Origin: Eledone cirrhosa
Lineage: Eukaryota
Direction of reading: 5' to 3'
Assembly: GCA_964016885.1 (NCBI GenBank)
Contig: OZ024740.1
Location: 280,426,001 to 280,490,000, forward strand
DNA: 64,000 nt
Below, one piece after another: positions 1 to 14,028 of this stretch. The number at the start of each line of letters is the position of its first letter. Position 1 is the stretch's first letter. The translations under genes and the position numbers were made by a program. The notes beneath the pieces were generated by a model. The model had not been told where the DNA came from, ran no database searches, and worked only from the letters and a program-made list of their open reading frames with translations.

Positions 1-467
1 GTAAATGAAGTTTACCATAAATAATGATATAAAAGGACATAAAGCCAAACATGTGAAGGGAGATAACTTTAGCTACCTATTTGAAAGAGGTGTATAAATA
101 GACTTATAAATATAAGACAACATTTTGCGAAAGTATTTAGGTTGTATTCATAATGCATATAATGAACTTGGGACAATGAATAATCATTAATGGTAGGAAA
201 TCGAATTTACAACAGGAAATATTTGAATATATATGTTGCAATAAATGAATTCTCTTTCTGCGGCATTACAATAATGAATTAGACTAGTTAGAAAAAATGG
301 CTAAACGTTTAAATTAGATCGGAGCAAAAATAATGTAGCTTGTAAGTATTAAAACAATAAACGTGTTTGTTGAGTAACAGATATGGGCTGAATACGAAAT
401 TAAAGAGGGGATAAAAAAATTTAAAGTTGGATTATAAATAATTATAAATAGTTATTAGTTCATACAC

Positions 468-725
468 TTCGTTTCTGTATTTGTTTTGCAAATTATCTGA
501 AAACTTGTGTTGAAACAGATATTGATATACTTTGGGAGTGCCCTGCTGCCAGTAAAAACACATGTGCCTGTTTAGTTTTCACTTCAGTTTATTATAAATT
601 TTAATAACCGGATGGTTGTTTATTTGTTTATTGTCAAAACTCTTTCGTCATACGCTCTGCGACCTCCTCAGTGACTAATTTGTTATTTTGTGTCTCTCCT
701 TTGTTTTGTCTACACCATCTTGTTT
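468..725 (-). mobile_element. Penelope-like pseudo-LTR remnant (same family as 22540-22830)
   Basis: Colinear similarity to 22540-22830 (ttcgtttctg...tgtgttgaaac.gatattg.tatactttgggag...ttcacttca.tttattataa...tctttcgtca...gacctc.tcagtgact), which lies next to a GIY-YIG ORF. Confidence 0.65.
633..676 (-). ncRNA. Minimal type I hammerhead ribozyme motif, partly decayed
   Basis: Minus strand reads gtca-CTGAGGA-ggtcgcagagcgtatgac-GAAA-gagttt-tgac. Stem I is gtca/tgac; stem III is degenerate. Confidence 0.55.
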
Positions 726-1583
726 TTGTGAGCTGACGCAGTACACAAAAACAAGATGGTGTAGGAGAGAACAACTGATCTAACTCAAGTGCACGAAATA
801 CCTGACACTTGAGTCACTGGTGTAGCTTCACAGCTATGATAAAATATACATCACTCTAATTATGTATTGAGCTTTTTTTCTTTTAAACATCAGTATGAAT
901 AGAATATATATATATATATATAACGAAGGAAATGTGGTAAGGAACCAGGTGGACCATAACGCACCAAAGTACTCAATACTTAGGGTAGTAGAGTGGGTAA
1001 TATATATATATATATATGAAATATTGTATGTGGTGTAAGTAGGAATCTTCTATCAAAAGATTTCGTTGTAAAACTTCCATAATTATTTGAGACGGACACG
1101 AACATCATAATACTGAGTGACTGAAATTAATAAGATTGTCCAGCTCTTGATAGATTCTAATAACAATGAACACTCAGAGCGACTGAATTCAAAGTAATAT
1201 TGTGTATGAAAAATATTAATAAGAACATCTAGGTACATCATGCGGTTGATAATTCAGTAAGATTATGTAAAAAAAAAAAGCAGAATAGAAAACTTGAATA
1301 ATTATTTAACAAAAGAAAATGTCTTATATTTTCAGAAAATTATTGTATATGTGAACATTGATTAGGCACATCTTCGTTCTGGTTTTATATGTAGTGAGCT
1401 GAATATTTACATTTCACTAGATGGACGTTATATTATGTTTCTGTTGTTAAGGTAGAATATTTGATTCATTGAAAATATAGAAGAAACAATATTAGTACTA
1501 CCGAAGTTAAGACTATAGCAGTTTCAATCCAAAATACACTTTTCTTCCTTTATAGTGTCGAAAATTATGTGTACCATTCAAAT

Positions 1584-1882
1584 CACTGGTCGCCAACCTT
1601 CCGGACATCACGGACCACTAAATTCATAATTTAAAATCCCGTGGACCGCTAATATTAATTTTTTTAAAAAGATAAATACATTTGTAAAATAATGATCAGA
1701 GAGCTTCCATTTTATTAATATGAAATACACCTATTAAAACATTTTTTAGGGGTTTATAAAATATATTTCAACCGAATATTATTTTTATTTTATTATTAAT
1801 AAGACATGAAAATTGCAAATAATGTCCAAATTTTTTGTGGACCACCAACATTTTCTCTCAGACTACCGGTTGGCGACAGCTG
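1584..1882. mobile_element. Non-autonomous hAT-like DNA transposon (MITE)
   Basis: Imperfect TIRs cactggtcgccaacc / ggttggcgacagctg; subterminal GGACCAC-type motifs; degenerate 8-bp TSD attcaaat / atcgaaat. Confidence 0.65.
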
Positions 1883-1999
1883 ATCGAAATTATGTTTAAA
1901 TATTTAACACAATTGAATAACAGATAAGACGCAGTAATTAATCACTTTTCATGTCTTCTTGTCGCAGAATCATTGTTATATTATTTTCGTTTATTTCAG

Positions 2000-2550
2000 G
2001 GTCTATATCCTTTGGCTATGATCTTTTATCAATGGGAGCCTATCGAGCCAATATGGTGACGAAATTCATCAACATTCTTCTTCCGTACACGGACTACGGT
2101 AACTTTGCTGTTGTAACATATGATCATTGTCCTACTAGCTTTAATGTTCCAATCACTTCACTGGTAAATAAAGCAGATTTAGATCTAAGCCATACTATCA
2201 AATTACGTGTTCCTGGTTTAGCAGATGTTATACAGAAAATGGGAAAAGAACTATCCAAAGACAGTAATACAAACAAAACTAAAACTGCTGTTTTGTTTGT
2301 TGATCCATCAGTGTCGATAATAACACCTGCCGTATTGAGTGAAACAGAAAAGCTGAAGAAGAATGGGACGACAGTATTTTTGGTAGTCGTCGGACGTAGA
2401 CCATGGCATAACCCACAACTTTTGTACTCTATTAGTAGTCAGCCACACCAGAGGTATATTTACACTGTACCAAATTACAACCGATTAGTACAAAGAGCTG
2501 AATATCGACCTTTTCAATTCAGGAAAATGTGTAAAAAATATGCATTATAA
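2000..2550 (+). CDS. Terminal exon of a VWA-domain protein (degenerate VWA lacking canonical MIDAS)
   Basis: Acceptor ttattttcgtttatttcag ends at 1999 (phase 1); frame open to TAA at 2548-2550. VWA-like elements: FAVVTYD, KTAVLFVD, EKLKKNGTTVFLVVVG, LYSISSQP..YIYTVPNY..L. The ATG at 1951 is probably intronic. Confidence 0.8.
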
Positions 2551-3117
2551 TTTTACTTTGTAAATGGCTGTAGGATCAGTCAAAAGAAACAATTTCCATT
2601 ACACTTTCATAAATTATTGCTTATGTAAATACACAATTTATATTTAAGAAAAAAAAAAAACTTTCCTCATCAGCATTTGCAAACTCATTTGCATATTCAT
2701 TTTGTCATCGTTCATTAATCTTATGTTCCTTTTTATGACCCCGTTTGACAAGTATTGCATGGTAACATACTTCTTTCAATGAATACATTGAATACATTAT
2801 TTTTGATAAATCAAAATGGATTGTTTTAGGTGGTGTCTTCGAAAGAACTCCTAATCTGTTGCCGGTAACAGATTAGGTTTCCTTTCGAGGACACTCAATC
2901 TGTTGCAGGCAGCAGTTCCATTGCAACCCTTTTTGACGTCATATGTAAAAAGCACATGAATTTCATCTCATTGTAGAAGATATTATTGCTCTCTGCAATC
3001 CGAATTTTCAACCCGGTTTGATCAAACCATCCTTAATACACGTACAGCGCACAATCTCATTTCTCATCCACTGTATATTTGTATACATTTGTCTATGTAA
3101 GAAATTATATATATTTG

Positions 3118-3123
3118 AATAAA
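3118..3123 (+). promoter_or_regulatory. Candidate polyadenylation signal of the first VWA gene
   Basis: AATAAA about 570 nt after the stop codon, followed by T/GT-rich sequence. Confidence 0.4.
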
Positions 3124-3964
3124 TTATATATTTATTATTACATGATTTATTTTTGTCTCAAAGTTTATTTCTGTCAAAGAAAAAAGTGAGTGTGTAAATT
3201 TAAATTGTATAAATATGTGTGGATGAATTGTGTTTATAATATTTATTTCGCACTTGTTTTTCTTATTTAAAGAACATACTGAATGTTTTATATGTTACAA
3301 GACAGAAGCCACATCTTAAAAACACCTAGCGGCCACTTGCTGAGACAGTCAACAGACTAAAAAAATATTGACTTTAATAGGAAATACATTTAACAAAATA
3401 TATCGCTGTTGTAGTTTATTCCCAGCTAGCCCTAAACGAAGCTGATCTGTATTACGTACATACTCAGTCGAACGTCCAGATGTGATCCATAGATTCACTG
3501 TTTTAAGTGTTCCATATTTCCTCCAGAGACCATACACTTCGATAAGCAGTAGTTTATTATAAGAAATGTGACAATAAGGCTATATTGATTATTTCTTTTT
3601 AACTATTCTCTCTACTTTTCTCTGTCAGTTGATGTTTTTGTTAGACACATGTCAACACTGATTGCACAAACTTATAATCAAAGACATTCCATCTATGACC
3701 AACTCATTTTTTCAGACACTATGTATCTAGGACTGTATTTATTTTTAACATTTTAGAGAGTTGAGAGATATTTGTCTGTTACTTTTTGTTGATCAAACAA
3801 CCGTAGTGGCTTCCTCTTTGGTTTATTGCATGCCAGTAGAATCTGGTGATGGCTACAGAAGACGACTAGATGGATAAAACTGAAGCGTGACAGTTGCCCT
3901 TGAGCAGTTATCTGTAGGGAGGGGTGCATCCCAGGGCAGAGTTTTTATGTCTTAGTCAGAGGAA

Positions 3965-4511
3965 CATTAAAAGCAACTCCCCTTCCAGCCGTATACGCTC
4001 TTGCCGGCATTCCACCGCCCCACATACGACGAGAGGTCAACGCAAAAACTGAACGGTACAAACAACAACACAATCCCAGGCATCCACTCTATGGCCACCA
4101 GGAAATAAGAAGACGATTAAAATCTCGAAAAAGCTTCTTAATCGTGGATAGCCCGGAGCATGCACAATCGGCGGCTTACAGGTTGGAAAAGTGGAGGGAG
4201 AGTGACCGCCGCCCACCTAACGCGGCCTTACCAAGCCCAAATGAAACCCTCCCCAATGGAACATCTCTTAGCAGAAAGGACTGGGTAACCCTAAACAGGG
4301 CCAGAGCCAAAACGGGAAAAACTGGAGACAACCTCCACAAGAGGGGATTGGCCACCTGCGCTGAGTGCCCCTGCGGCGAGCCCTCCCAGACCATAGCTCA
4401 CATCCTCTGTGGGTGCTCACTGGGATCCTCATGTTCCGACCAAGACCTGATGGAAGCAAACGACGCTGCACTTCAATGGATACGGCACTAGCGCGACAAG
4501 ATATGATGATG
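3965..4511 (+). mobile_element. 5'-truncated RTE/RTEX-like non-LTR retrotransposon 3' end
   Basis: Translates as ...ALAGIPPPHIRR...RRRLKSRKSF...WVTLNRAR...CPCGEPSQTIAHILCGC; (ATG)n tail; TSD agtcagaggaa (3954-3964) / agtcaaaggaa (4512-4522). Confidence 0.75.
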
Positions 4512-6222
4512 AGTCAAAGGAAAAAGAGCAGTGTCCAATACTTTTTTCAGGGCCTTCGAGACTAAGGAGAAAGTTATTCTCAAATTGGAGATCTGGAAAA
4601 AGGACCAAGGCTTTGGTCAATTCGAAACTATGGTAGAAGAAATTTGGTCTAGGTCTTGTGAAGTGACATTCAACCCAGATCTGATTATGCTATTGACGCA
4701 GCTGATATATTTGTATGTATGTGTTTATGATTTAATGTTTTGTTTTGGATTAAGAGCAAGGAATAGTGTCTTTAAAATAATATTGCAATAGTGTTCTGGA
4801 AAACTGTCGATTTCGTTCTGTGTTTAGGGTGGTTGAACATATAGCGCAAGGAATGTGCGTGTTGGATCTTGATATGGCAACAAACTGAGTCCCTTGCCTG
4901 TTTTCATATTGTTTATTTATCACTGTGTATGTAACCTGGGTACCGCCTGTAATTTTACGAACCGCACGCCCTCTTTTTCTTTTCTGTTTTGTTGCGAGAA
5001 TGGCGACCCAGGTAGTTTTGATATAAGCTATTACGTTTATAAGCTATCTATACATTAATGTCACACTTATCTGTTGTCGACCAAATATTTTCTTTCTGAG
5101 TCTTATGAGTTAATGCGTAGTTTTGGTTTCTTAGAATGTCGTTGTGGGGTGTAAATTTAGATATGTTGTATATGTATGGCATTAGAATTCTACCAGGATC
5201 GACTTTGCTTTTCATTTTCCCGGGGTGGATAAAAGCAATCGTAGTCAAGTACTGTGGCAATATCATTGGCTCTACTCTTCCATATGTTAAACATTTATGA
5301 ATGTAGAATTAACTGTAGTTATACGCTATCTGATTATCGGATAGTTAACTGTAGATGTCGAATTGGCAGATTCTTTAGACTATCGGCTAGGTCTGCAGTA
5401 TTTGTTCTGGCCTCTTCGCACTACGGTCAAATCCCGCCGAAATGATCTTTGCCTTTTATTCCTTGATGCCCAGAGCGGAAGATTAGTAGAATAGTTAGAG
5501 TGCCTGAGTGATGTTAGCTGTTCCGGCTCTTTGGATTCTTAATTCATATCAGCCCAGGTCTGAACAACATATCCAACCAGTAGGCAGGTGGGGCTTCAAC
5601 GAGCATAGATAAGCTAGCAATGACTTGAGTGCATATAACCCCAAGAATATCGTCCAAACGTGAAAGAGCCGAACTCCCACTGTCATCGCCTCCATCTCTC
5701 TCGCCCTCCCCATCTCTCTGCATGGTGAGCAAGTGGGGTCCCACCTGCTGGCCTCCCCACAGCTCCGGCGGACAGAATGGAGAATCAACCAAGGTTTCAT
5801 CTAGCAGTGGATGGGAAACGGCTAATGCAACTGAATTAGTTGCAGCAACCTCAAACAGAACATATTATACGAGTATATGTCTTCAAAATGTTTCACTTTT
5901 ACTTAGATGAGCATTTATATATCTTAGCAGTTTCGTAATAAACTGAATATTTAACCGGAAATTATATATGGATCGATGCGAACTCCTTCTAGACTTGATT
6001 CAATGTATTTTATTTCGCGAAACCTGATTATAACAACGCATTTTATGATGTAGCAGTTATATTACATAGTGATTTCAGTTGATTACCAGTGTGTCTAGAA
6101 GACTTAAAATTGCATGAGATGCTAAGTGTAGGTTATATTAGATTTACAAATTAATGTACAGAGTCCATCAAAAATATAAAGTTCTTAGCGTTCTTTCGAT
6201 ATTTTGGAACAATATGTGTGTA

Positions 6223-6225
<3 letters not shown>

Positions 6226-6312
<87 letters not shown>

Positions 6313-7883
6313 GGAAGATGTCTGCCTGTGTGAGTGTGTATGATTTTTATGCATTTCCACATTTCTCTACCGATTTTGATGATTTCTTTTCCAATGTGCT
6401 TCAAATTTACCAACGATGGTCAACGCGTAATAAACTTTGCCAAAAATTTCCTGCTTCTATGAAAAAAATCGATAGAACTAAATACATGCTGTAACCCTCT
6501 CTCTTACACGCTTAATCCCTCTCTCTACTGCCCTCAACAATCTATGAAACTACATACATGTTCCAACTCTCTTTAAAAGGTTCATCCATTCTTCTACTCC
6601 CCTCTCAATCTCCTCTGCAACTCTCGTTAAAAGGTTAATGCCTCCCTCTACTACCCTATCACCATTACAGTTTACAACCACGACAAAACTTCGTTCAGGA
6701 ACGCGACATAAACTTTGAAAACTAAGCAACACATCAATGTATACAACAACAAACATAGCTCTACTCTCTCCGTCGCTCTTCCCTCTCTCTATACTAGATT
6801 ATTCCCCCTCTCTATAATTTAACTTCTTTACTCTCTTCATGCTTTGAGGTTTAACACACCTCCCTATAATTTCTTAGCTTTACTCTTTCCATCGCTCTTT
6901 CCTCTTTCTATAATATATCATTCCCCCTCTCTATAATTTAACTGCTTTACTCTTTCTGTCGCTCTTCACTCTCTATATGACACTGTTTTACACACCTCCC
7001 TATAGTTTCTTAGCTTTACTCTCTCCGTCGCTCTTCCCTCTCTCTATAATAGATTATTCCCCCTCTCTATAGTTTAACTGCTGGGGGAGTCATTGGAGGT
7101 CCTTATTGACATACGGCTTTTCTGGGGCATTTTGAATCGGCTTATGCAAATAACAACCCGCAAAATAACACTTCATATAACAGATTAATACTATAGACAT
7201 ATGAATCGGAATGTTTAAATTATTTATTTTTTACGACTTTAATTGGTTAAATATTAATATGACAACACCCATAGTGTTGTAGTTCTGGCAATTCTGCCGA
7301 ATACACTGCCAAGGATGAACCTTTTCCCCTCAGCGTCAGATATCCCGTTCGATTTCCGGCGATCCCAATTCCCGGTGAGACCATGTTTTGCCATGTCCAT
7401 TAACAAGGGCAAACATTGTCGGAGGCGGGCATCCATTTGGGGGAGCCATGCTGCTCCCATGGCCAACTTTATGCTGCCTGTTCCCGTGTAGGGAGCAGGA
7501 ATGGAATTTTTGCTTACACTCCTCAAGGGATGACACGCAATATCGTCTACAAAGATGTGCTATAGATGTTGGTGCAGATGTTGGAGGTGTTGGAGCTATG
7601 CCGTCTGGAAAACTATTTCCTGGTAGGGCCATCCATGGCGGACAGATCTGACACCCAGCGGCACCAGGGCCACCATCTTGTAACTTTGGTCTGCTAAATT
7701 CTGGAAGATTATTAACCCATCATTGATTGTCCAAAATTCTAATTGGTTCGTAACTTTTAATAACCGGTTCAACTGCTTTATGCACTTAATTGATAAGCTT
7801 ATTCGCTTTCAAGCCACGTTTACCTGTATGTAACTTTTCATAGCAAATGAACAAACCCGAGCAACGCCGGGCTAAACTGCTAG
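6226..7883 (+). mobile_element. Non-autonomous Helitron with a Pif1-type helicase fragment
   Basis: 5' (TA)n-AAACGGAAGATGTCTG; internal degenerate repeats 6760-7080; 7306-7410 encodes LPRMNLFPSASDIPFDFRRSQFPVRPCFAMSINKG (helicase motif); 3' hairpin cccgagcaacgccggg (7856-7871) then CTAG (7880-7883). Confidence 0.75.
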
Positions 7884-8874
7884 TATATATAAAACAGAGG
7901 ATGTCTATCTGTCTGTCCGTGTAAATCCCTAGAACTTGAGAAGTACCCAACCGATGTTTTTCAAACTTTACACATGCGTTACTTATATTTCTTGAAGTGC
8001 AATGGGCTAGAAATCCTTTTACTTTTTCTGCCCTAGGCGAAAATCCGAATTTTAAAGGCATTTTAAGGCTTTTTTGAGGCGTAACTTAAAGATAATCCAG
8101 CCGATTTCCTCGAAATTTGCATCACACATTAGTTAGTCCCCTCGCACTGCTGTGGACAAAAAGAATTTCCAATTCCATTAATGGTTTCTAGGAAATTTAC
8201 GAATTAGCATTGGCTATTACATGCCATTTTCATTTTCAATATGAACGCTACTTAAACATCATATGTAGCGTATAATATTTCGTTAAACATTGGGTTTATT
8301 TAACAGAGGACACAACACTGACTTACTTTTAAGCAGGACCATTTTCGGGGGATTGAGGCAATGAGGAGGACCTTAACATTTTTGTCGGCGCCCTGTTGAC
8401 GCTTCGTGCTTTCATCACGCGCAAATCCGGGCCCTATGTACGTTGTCGTGTTATTGACACTGTAAAATTCACACCTGTGCTACTTCTACTAAGACCCCCT
8501 TCTGTTGCACTTACATAGCAGTATGAACGCCCTGCGCAAGTAAGCCGAACAGCGGTTGTGCTAATTCCGCAGTGACCCCTTTTGTCGCACCTTTGTTGCT
8601 GTGTAAACGCAGTGCAACCAGTGCCGCTCAGCGTTTGTGCTAATTGCACTATGATCCCCTTCTGCTGCAGCTGCGTTGCCACACAGATTTTGTCACCTCA
8701 ATATCCCTACTTAAACGTACATCCCTTCTTGGTTTTCACACAATTGACTACGTCGCTCCTCAATCATTCCCTGAGAATAAGGGAATTCAAAAAGTACACA
8801 GCTACATTCCTCAATCTTTGCATATGCATGTTGCTATTTCACGTTTCCTACCATGTGCAACGTCCTGCTGCTAG
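7884..8874 (+). mobile_element. Second Helitron, head-to-tail with the first
   Basis: Starts tatatataaaacagaggatgtctatctgtctgtccg, like the first element's 5' end; ends ccatgtgcaacg...CTAG at 8871-8874; degenerate HVAISR helicase-like motif near 8830. Confidence 0.6.
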
Positions 8875-9811
8875 TATACATATAAACTTAGGCCAACATC
8901 TCAATTTAGGGGAGTATAATTAAGACAGACTAAAATAAGTTAGTCTAATTTATATAATCGCCTAACTACCATAGTTTCAAAAATAAATAAAAATACAAGT
9001 CATTTTAAATAATTGGAAAACCCAATATTGGAAGACATTGTTTTATCGCCAGAGGAGAATTCTTTGGAACAAGAGGAGATATTGACCATAAAGTATACAT
9101 ACCATCTCATTGTCAAAACTGCATGGTGTCCAACACGTTGCTTTGTTGAACTACTAAATAAACAAAGCTCTCTCTATATATAAGGACAATGCAACAGGCT
9201 TAAAATGACGCTAGAAATAGCAGCCAATAAAGGATGCCTCCATCTCAAAAGCCGAATGCTTGCTAAGTGGAAATACCCAACAAATTAGACTGACTTTCAA
9301 CCACCAAAATTTGATTTATGTACTTCTGTTACATCTTTTCTGTCTCTTTCTCTTTACACACTTACATAAAACAATACACTTTCTATAATACTCTACTCCA
9401 TACCTTAATAAATATTACCATCTCTATATTACATGCCACCACATAATACAATAGTTCTGCTATAGTATACGAACACAAACACGTTGTCGATCTCAAAATT
9501 CAAATTTCCATCTCGGAGTTATTTCCCTTTGTTACATTAGGTTTTTTTTTCTAATAGAGGTTGACAATGTTGCACTCTCATGTCTTGTGGGGCAATCCCC
9601 CCCCCTACACCATCACAGTATATGGATATATATATATATATATATATATGTAGCGGCCTATTGCTGGTGGTGGTGGTGTGGGGGGGGGGGGGGTACCTGC
9701 ACGCCACAAAGGTTGTCGTCGGAAAATTCTTAAATTTTCAAAAAGTATTATATACTTTGCTTGTTTATTTTAATTACACGAAACATAGTAAAATATGTAC
9801 AATACAATAAT

Positions 9812-9996
9812 TGTTTCTACTTTAGGCACAAGGCCAGCAATTACCCAGTGCATTACTGGTACTTTATTTTATCGACCCCGTAAGGATGAAAGGCAAAGTC
9901 AACCTCGGCGGGATTTGAACTCAGATCGTAAAGGGACGTAACTATGCTGGAAAGCATGGCGTCCGACCCTCTACCGATACTGCCAATCCACCACCG
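9812..9996 (-). mobile_element. tRNA-derived SINE (octopus OK/OR-like, Nin-type core)
   Basis: A box TGGCAGTATCGG; B box GAGTTCAAATCC; core gcctttcatccttacggggtcgataaaataaagtacc; 15-bp TSD gtacaatacaataat (9797-9811 / 9997-10011). Confidence 0.85.
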
Positions 9997-10729
9997 GTAC
10001 AATACAATAATGAATAAAAATGTCATAATAATGATTTTTGTGCATAAAAATGATCCTTGATCTTATATTGTATATACCTATCATCCTATATAGTATATTT
10101 CTTGTTTTATATGAAGAACACGTAAAAATAATGACATATTTGTATTACACCTTATTATTATTTTCATTTTTTGAAATTGCGTTTAAAAAAAAAATGTAGT
10201 AAATTTGAACTTTCAAAATAAGTTTGTATATTTTTCATATTACCTATGTCCTCTATCCTATCTCTCTTTCACTTTTCGATTTCTTTTTCTTTTTCTATAT
10301 ATTTTCTATATATTTTCTATATATTTTCTATATATTCTTTTTCTATATATACTGTCAATATATTTATGTATATGTGTATATATACATAGTACACCCTATA
10401 AATTGTTAGCGTTACCTTGAATATACCTCGTAAAATCTGTAAAGTGGTTGTGCTGGTCCTGCAAAAGATTCACCCAGTATGCTCTCTAAGATTAGTCATT
10501 TTGTCAGAAAGTTATGAACGTCTACACCTCCAGGAATGATATGAGCAATGCGCTTATGTATAATAATGAAAATTATTGTGTACAGTGTTCAGGTGCACTA
10601 CAACTCACCAAAGATGCATGTATAGTACATAGAATAATGTACAAATGCCAGGAAAGTGAACAGTTTATGAATCATGATATACACACAGACATACAAACAC
10701 ATGTGCGCATGTGTACAGAGGGTGAATAT

Positions 10730-12230
10730 CAGGTGTAGTATTGGTGAATTTCGGGAAGCATGGAAGTTTTGAAGGATGCAGCTAACAACTGATGCAGGTA
10801 GTCCCATGCTTCAGCAACTCTGAGCGCGAAAACATGTTTCCGAAAGTCATGGGAGCTGTACTGTTTTCTGATATTGTAAACATGTCCATAGGTGACATGT
10901 AAATATATCCACTTGCAATTCAAAAAGGTGCTCAGGGTTGTTGTTGGAAAGATGCTTAATAATCTTGTGGGTATCTACCCAATTCAGTTTCATGACATCG
11001 GAGTTTTAATGTATCCATACCCAGGGAAGCAAGGCATTCCGAGTATGGTAGATGCCTGATGGAGAGTATTCATTTGGTTACACGTCTCTGAACAGTTCCA
11101 GAAGATCAATATTCTGAGAAAGATAGGGGTTCCAGACTGGTGATGTAAATTCTAAGTGTGGACACACCATAGCTATATACAGCTTTAAATAGATAGCTGG
11201 AATGTGGCTGATAATGGTCTTACTGAATGATGCCAAGACACCTCGGCCTTCTTGACAATTTTAGAGATGTACTTTGTCCAATGCAAATTGTTGTTGACAA
11301 TAACGCCTAGGTCACGTTCACAAGAGACTTCTTGAGATTGGTGTTGTGGAGGTAGTATGTGAACATTGGGTCTTTCCTCCCAAAATGCATGATGGTACAC
11401 CCGTTCCCAGCCAGTTGAGTTGCCAGTCCGTAATCTACTGCTGCATTGCGTCCAGGTCTGATTGCAGGAAAGATCTATAGCGTATAGGATCTGTATTTGT
11501 CCTTTTTATCTTAAGGTCATCTGCGTATTCCAGCAGTGTGGCATTATTTAAGTTGGCATCGATGCCATTAATATATGCAATAAACAAAAGAGGACCAAGA
11601 ACAGATCCCTGTGGTACACCAGATGTCATTTCATAGGGTGAAGAATGCTGTCCTAGAACCGTGCTTACCACTTTTCAACTGAGAATGAAGGACGTCAACC
11701 AGTTATAAAGATCATCTCTCACATCCGTTGAAGAGAGTTTTACCATACAACTTTGGTGTGGCACAGAATTAAAAATTTTAGCAAAGTCAAGATAAACAAC
11801 ATCCACCCATGAGCCGCCATCAGTGATTCAGATAATGTCTTCAAGAAACTCAAGAAACACAGCAGCTGGAATTAGAGATAAATCCAAATTGCGAGGGTCA
11901 GATAAGGCTGTGAGAGTTACAGAAGTTCCAGAGTGTTTCTCTGACACAGGACTCCATCAGTTTGGCGATGTAGCTAGTAAGAAAGACTGGACGATAGTTA
12001 ACAGGCGACGTGCGATCACCTTTTTTGAACAGAGGAATGACACTGGAAATTTTCCACAGCTCTGGGCTAATACCGTTAAGGCAAAGTTGAAAGAAGAGTG
12101 AAATCTGGTGCAGAAGAAAGTACCCACTACGTTTGAGAAGCAGGTGCGTAATACCATCAAGACCAGGAGAAGCATAGTTGCACTTATTCTTAAGGTGCAT
12201 TACAGGTGCAAATTCCATAGTTACTATAGA
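10730..12230 (-). mobile_element. Decayed, 5'-truncated CR1-like LINE (RT pseudogene)
   Basis: Frameshifted ORFs contain SPGLDGI, VIPLFKKGD..PVNYRPV, GVPQGSVLGPLLF, YADDLK, ERDLGVIV and RKHVFALRVAEAWD. Confidence 0.85.
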
Positions 12231-12278
12231 ATTTGATGTCAGAGGTGGTGGAGATGGTACAGTTATATTGGTTCACCC

Positions 12279-12336
<58 letters not shown>

Positions 12337-12408
12337 TCTTGTTACTCTGGAATTTTGTCAACTTCTCACAGGGTAATCAGACAAGAATATACATATATAT
12401 ATATTTTC

Positions 12409-12757
12409 GTAGAATAATGGGAAGAACTCAATGCAAGGAAGCTGTTAAAACAGCAAAATGCCGTCAATGGCAGCGTTGGGTTAAATTTAGCTGAAAGGAT
12501 AGAAATCAACGGTTAGAAGTGTATTGGCCCGTCGAAACCACAGACAGTCTAAAAGCTGATGAGTTTATTTAAATGTTTATGTGATCTTCTCTCACCCATG
12601 TTCTTCTTTTTCTCCTTTCTTCCTATCACTTCTGCGGGCCAACACACTTCTAGCCGCTCATTTCTAACCTTTGAGGTAAATTTTACCCGATGCTGTCATT
12701 GACAGCATTTTGCTGTTTTAACAGCTTCCTTGCGTTGAGTTCTTCCCATTATTCTCG
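12409..12757. repeat. Inverted repeat (~120-bp arms) between (TA)n tracts, probable Penelope-type inverted remnant
   Basis: 12409-12531 is complementary to 12635-12757 (agaataatgggaagaactcaa.gcaaggaagctgttaaaacagcaaaatgc...); related sequence occurs at 16560-16745. Confidence 0.7.
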
Positions 12758-12796
12758 AATCTTAATACAGTCACGCTTCAAACTCAATATTCGAGA

Positions 12797-13846
<1,050 letters not shown>

Positions 13847-13976
13847 TCTTATACAGAATCTCCATCGTAACTACTAACTACGAATGTAAAGAGCTATCTC
13901 CTGCTTGCACCTGCTTTTACCAAAAGAAATCTCTTCTGAACACACACACACACGCGCACGCACACACACACATCTA

Positions 13977-14028
<52 letters not shown>

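Noticed and set aside
7336-7632. Minus-strand Cys-rich ORF resembling a piggyBac C-terminus
   Set aside because: The resemblance is weak; the overlapping plus strand encodes a clear Helitron helicase motif.
9812-9996. tRNA genes suggested by A and B boxes
   Set aside because: No cloverleaf; the boxes are SINE heads followed by a shared core, tail and TSDs.
12530-12565. GAAAC...GTC...CTGATGAG hammerhead-like words
   Set aside because: Order and spacing do not allow stems I and II to form.
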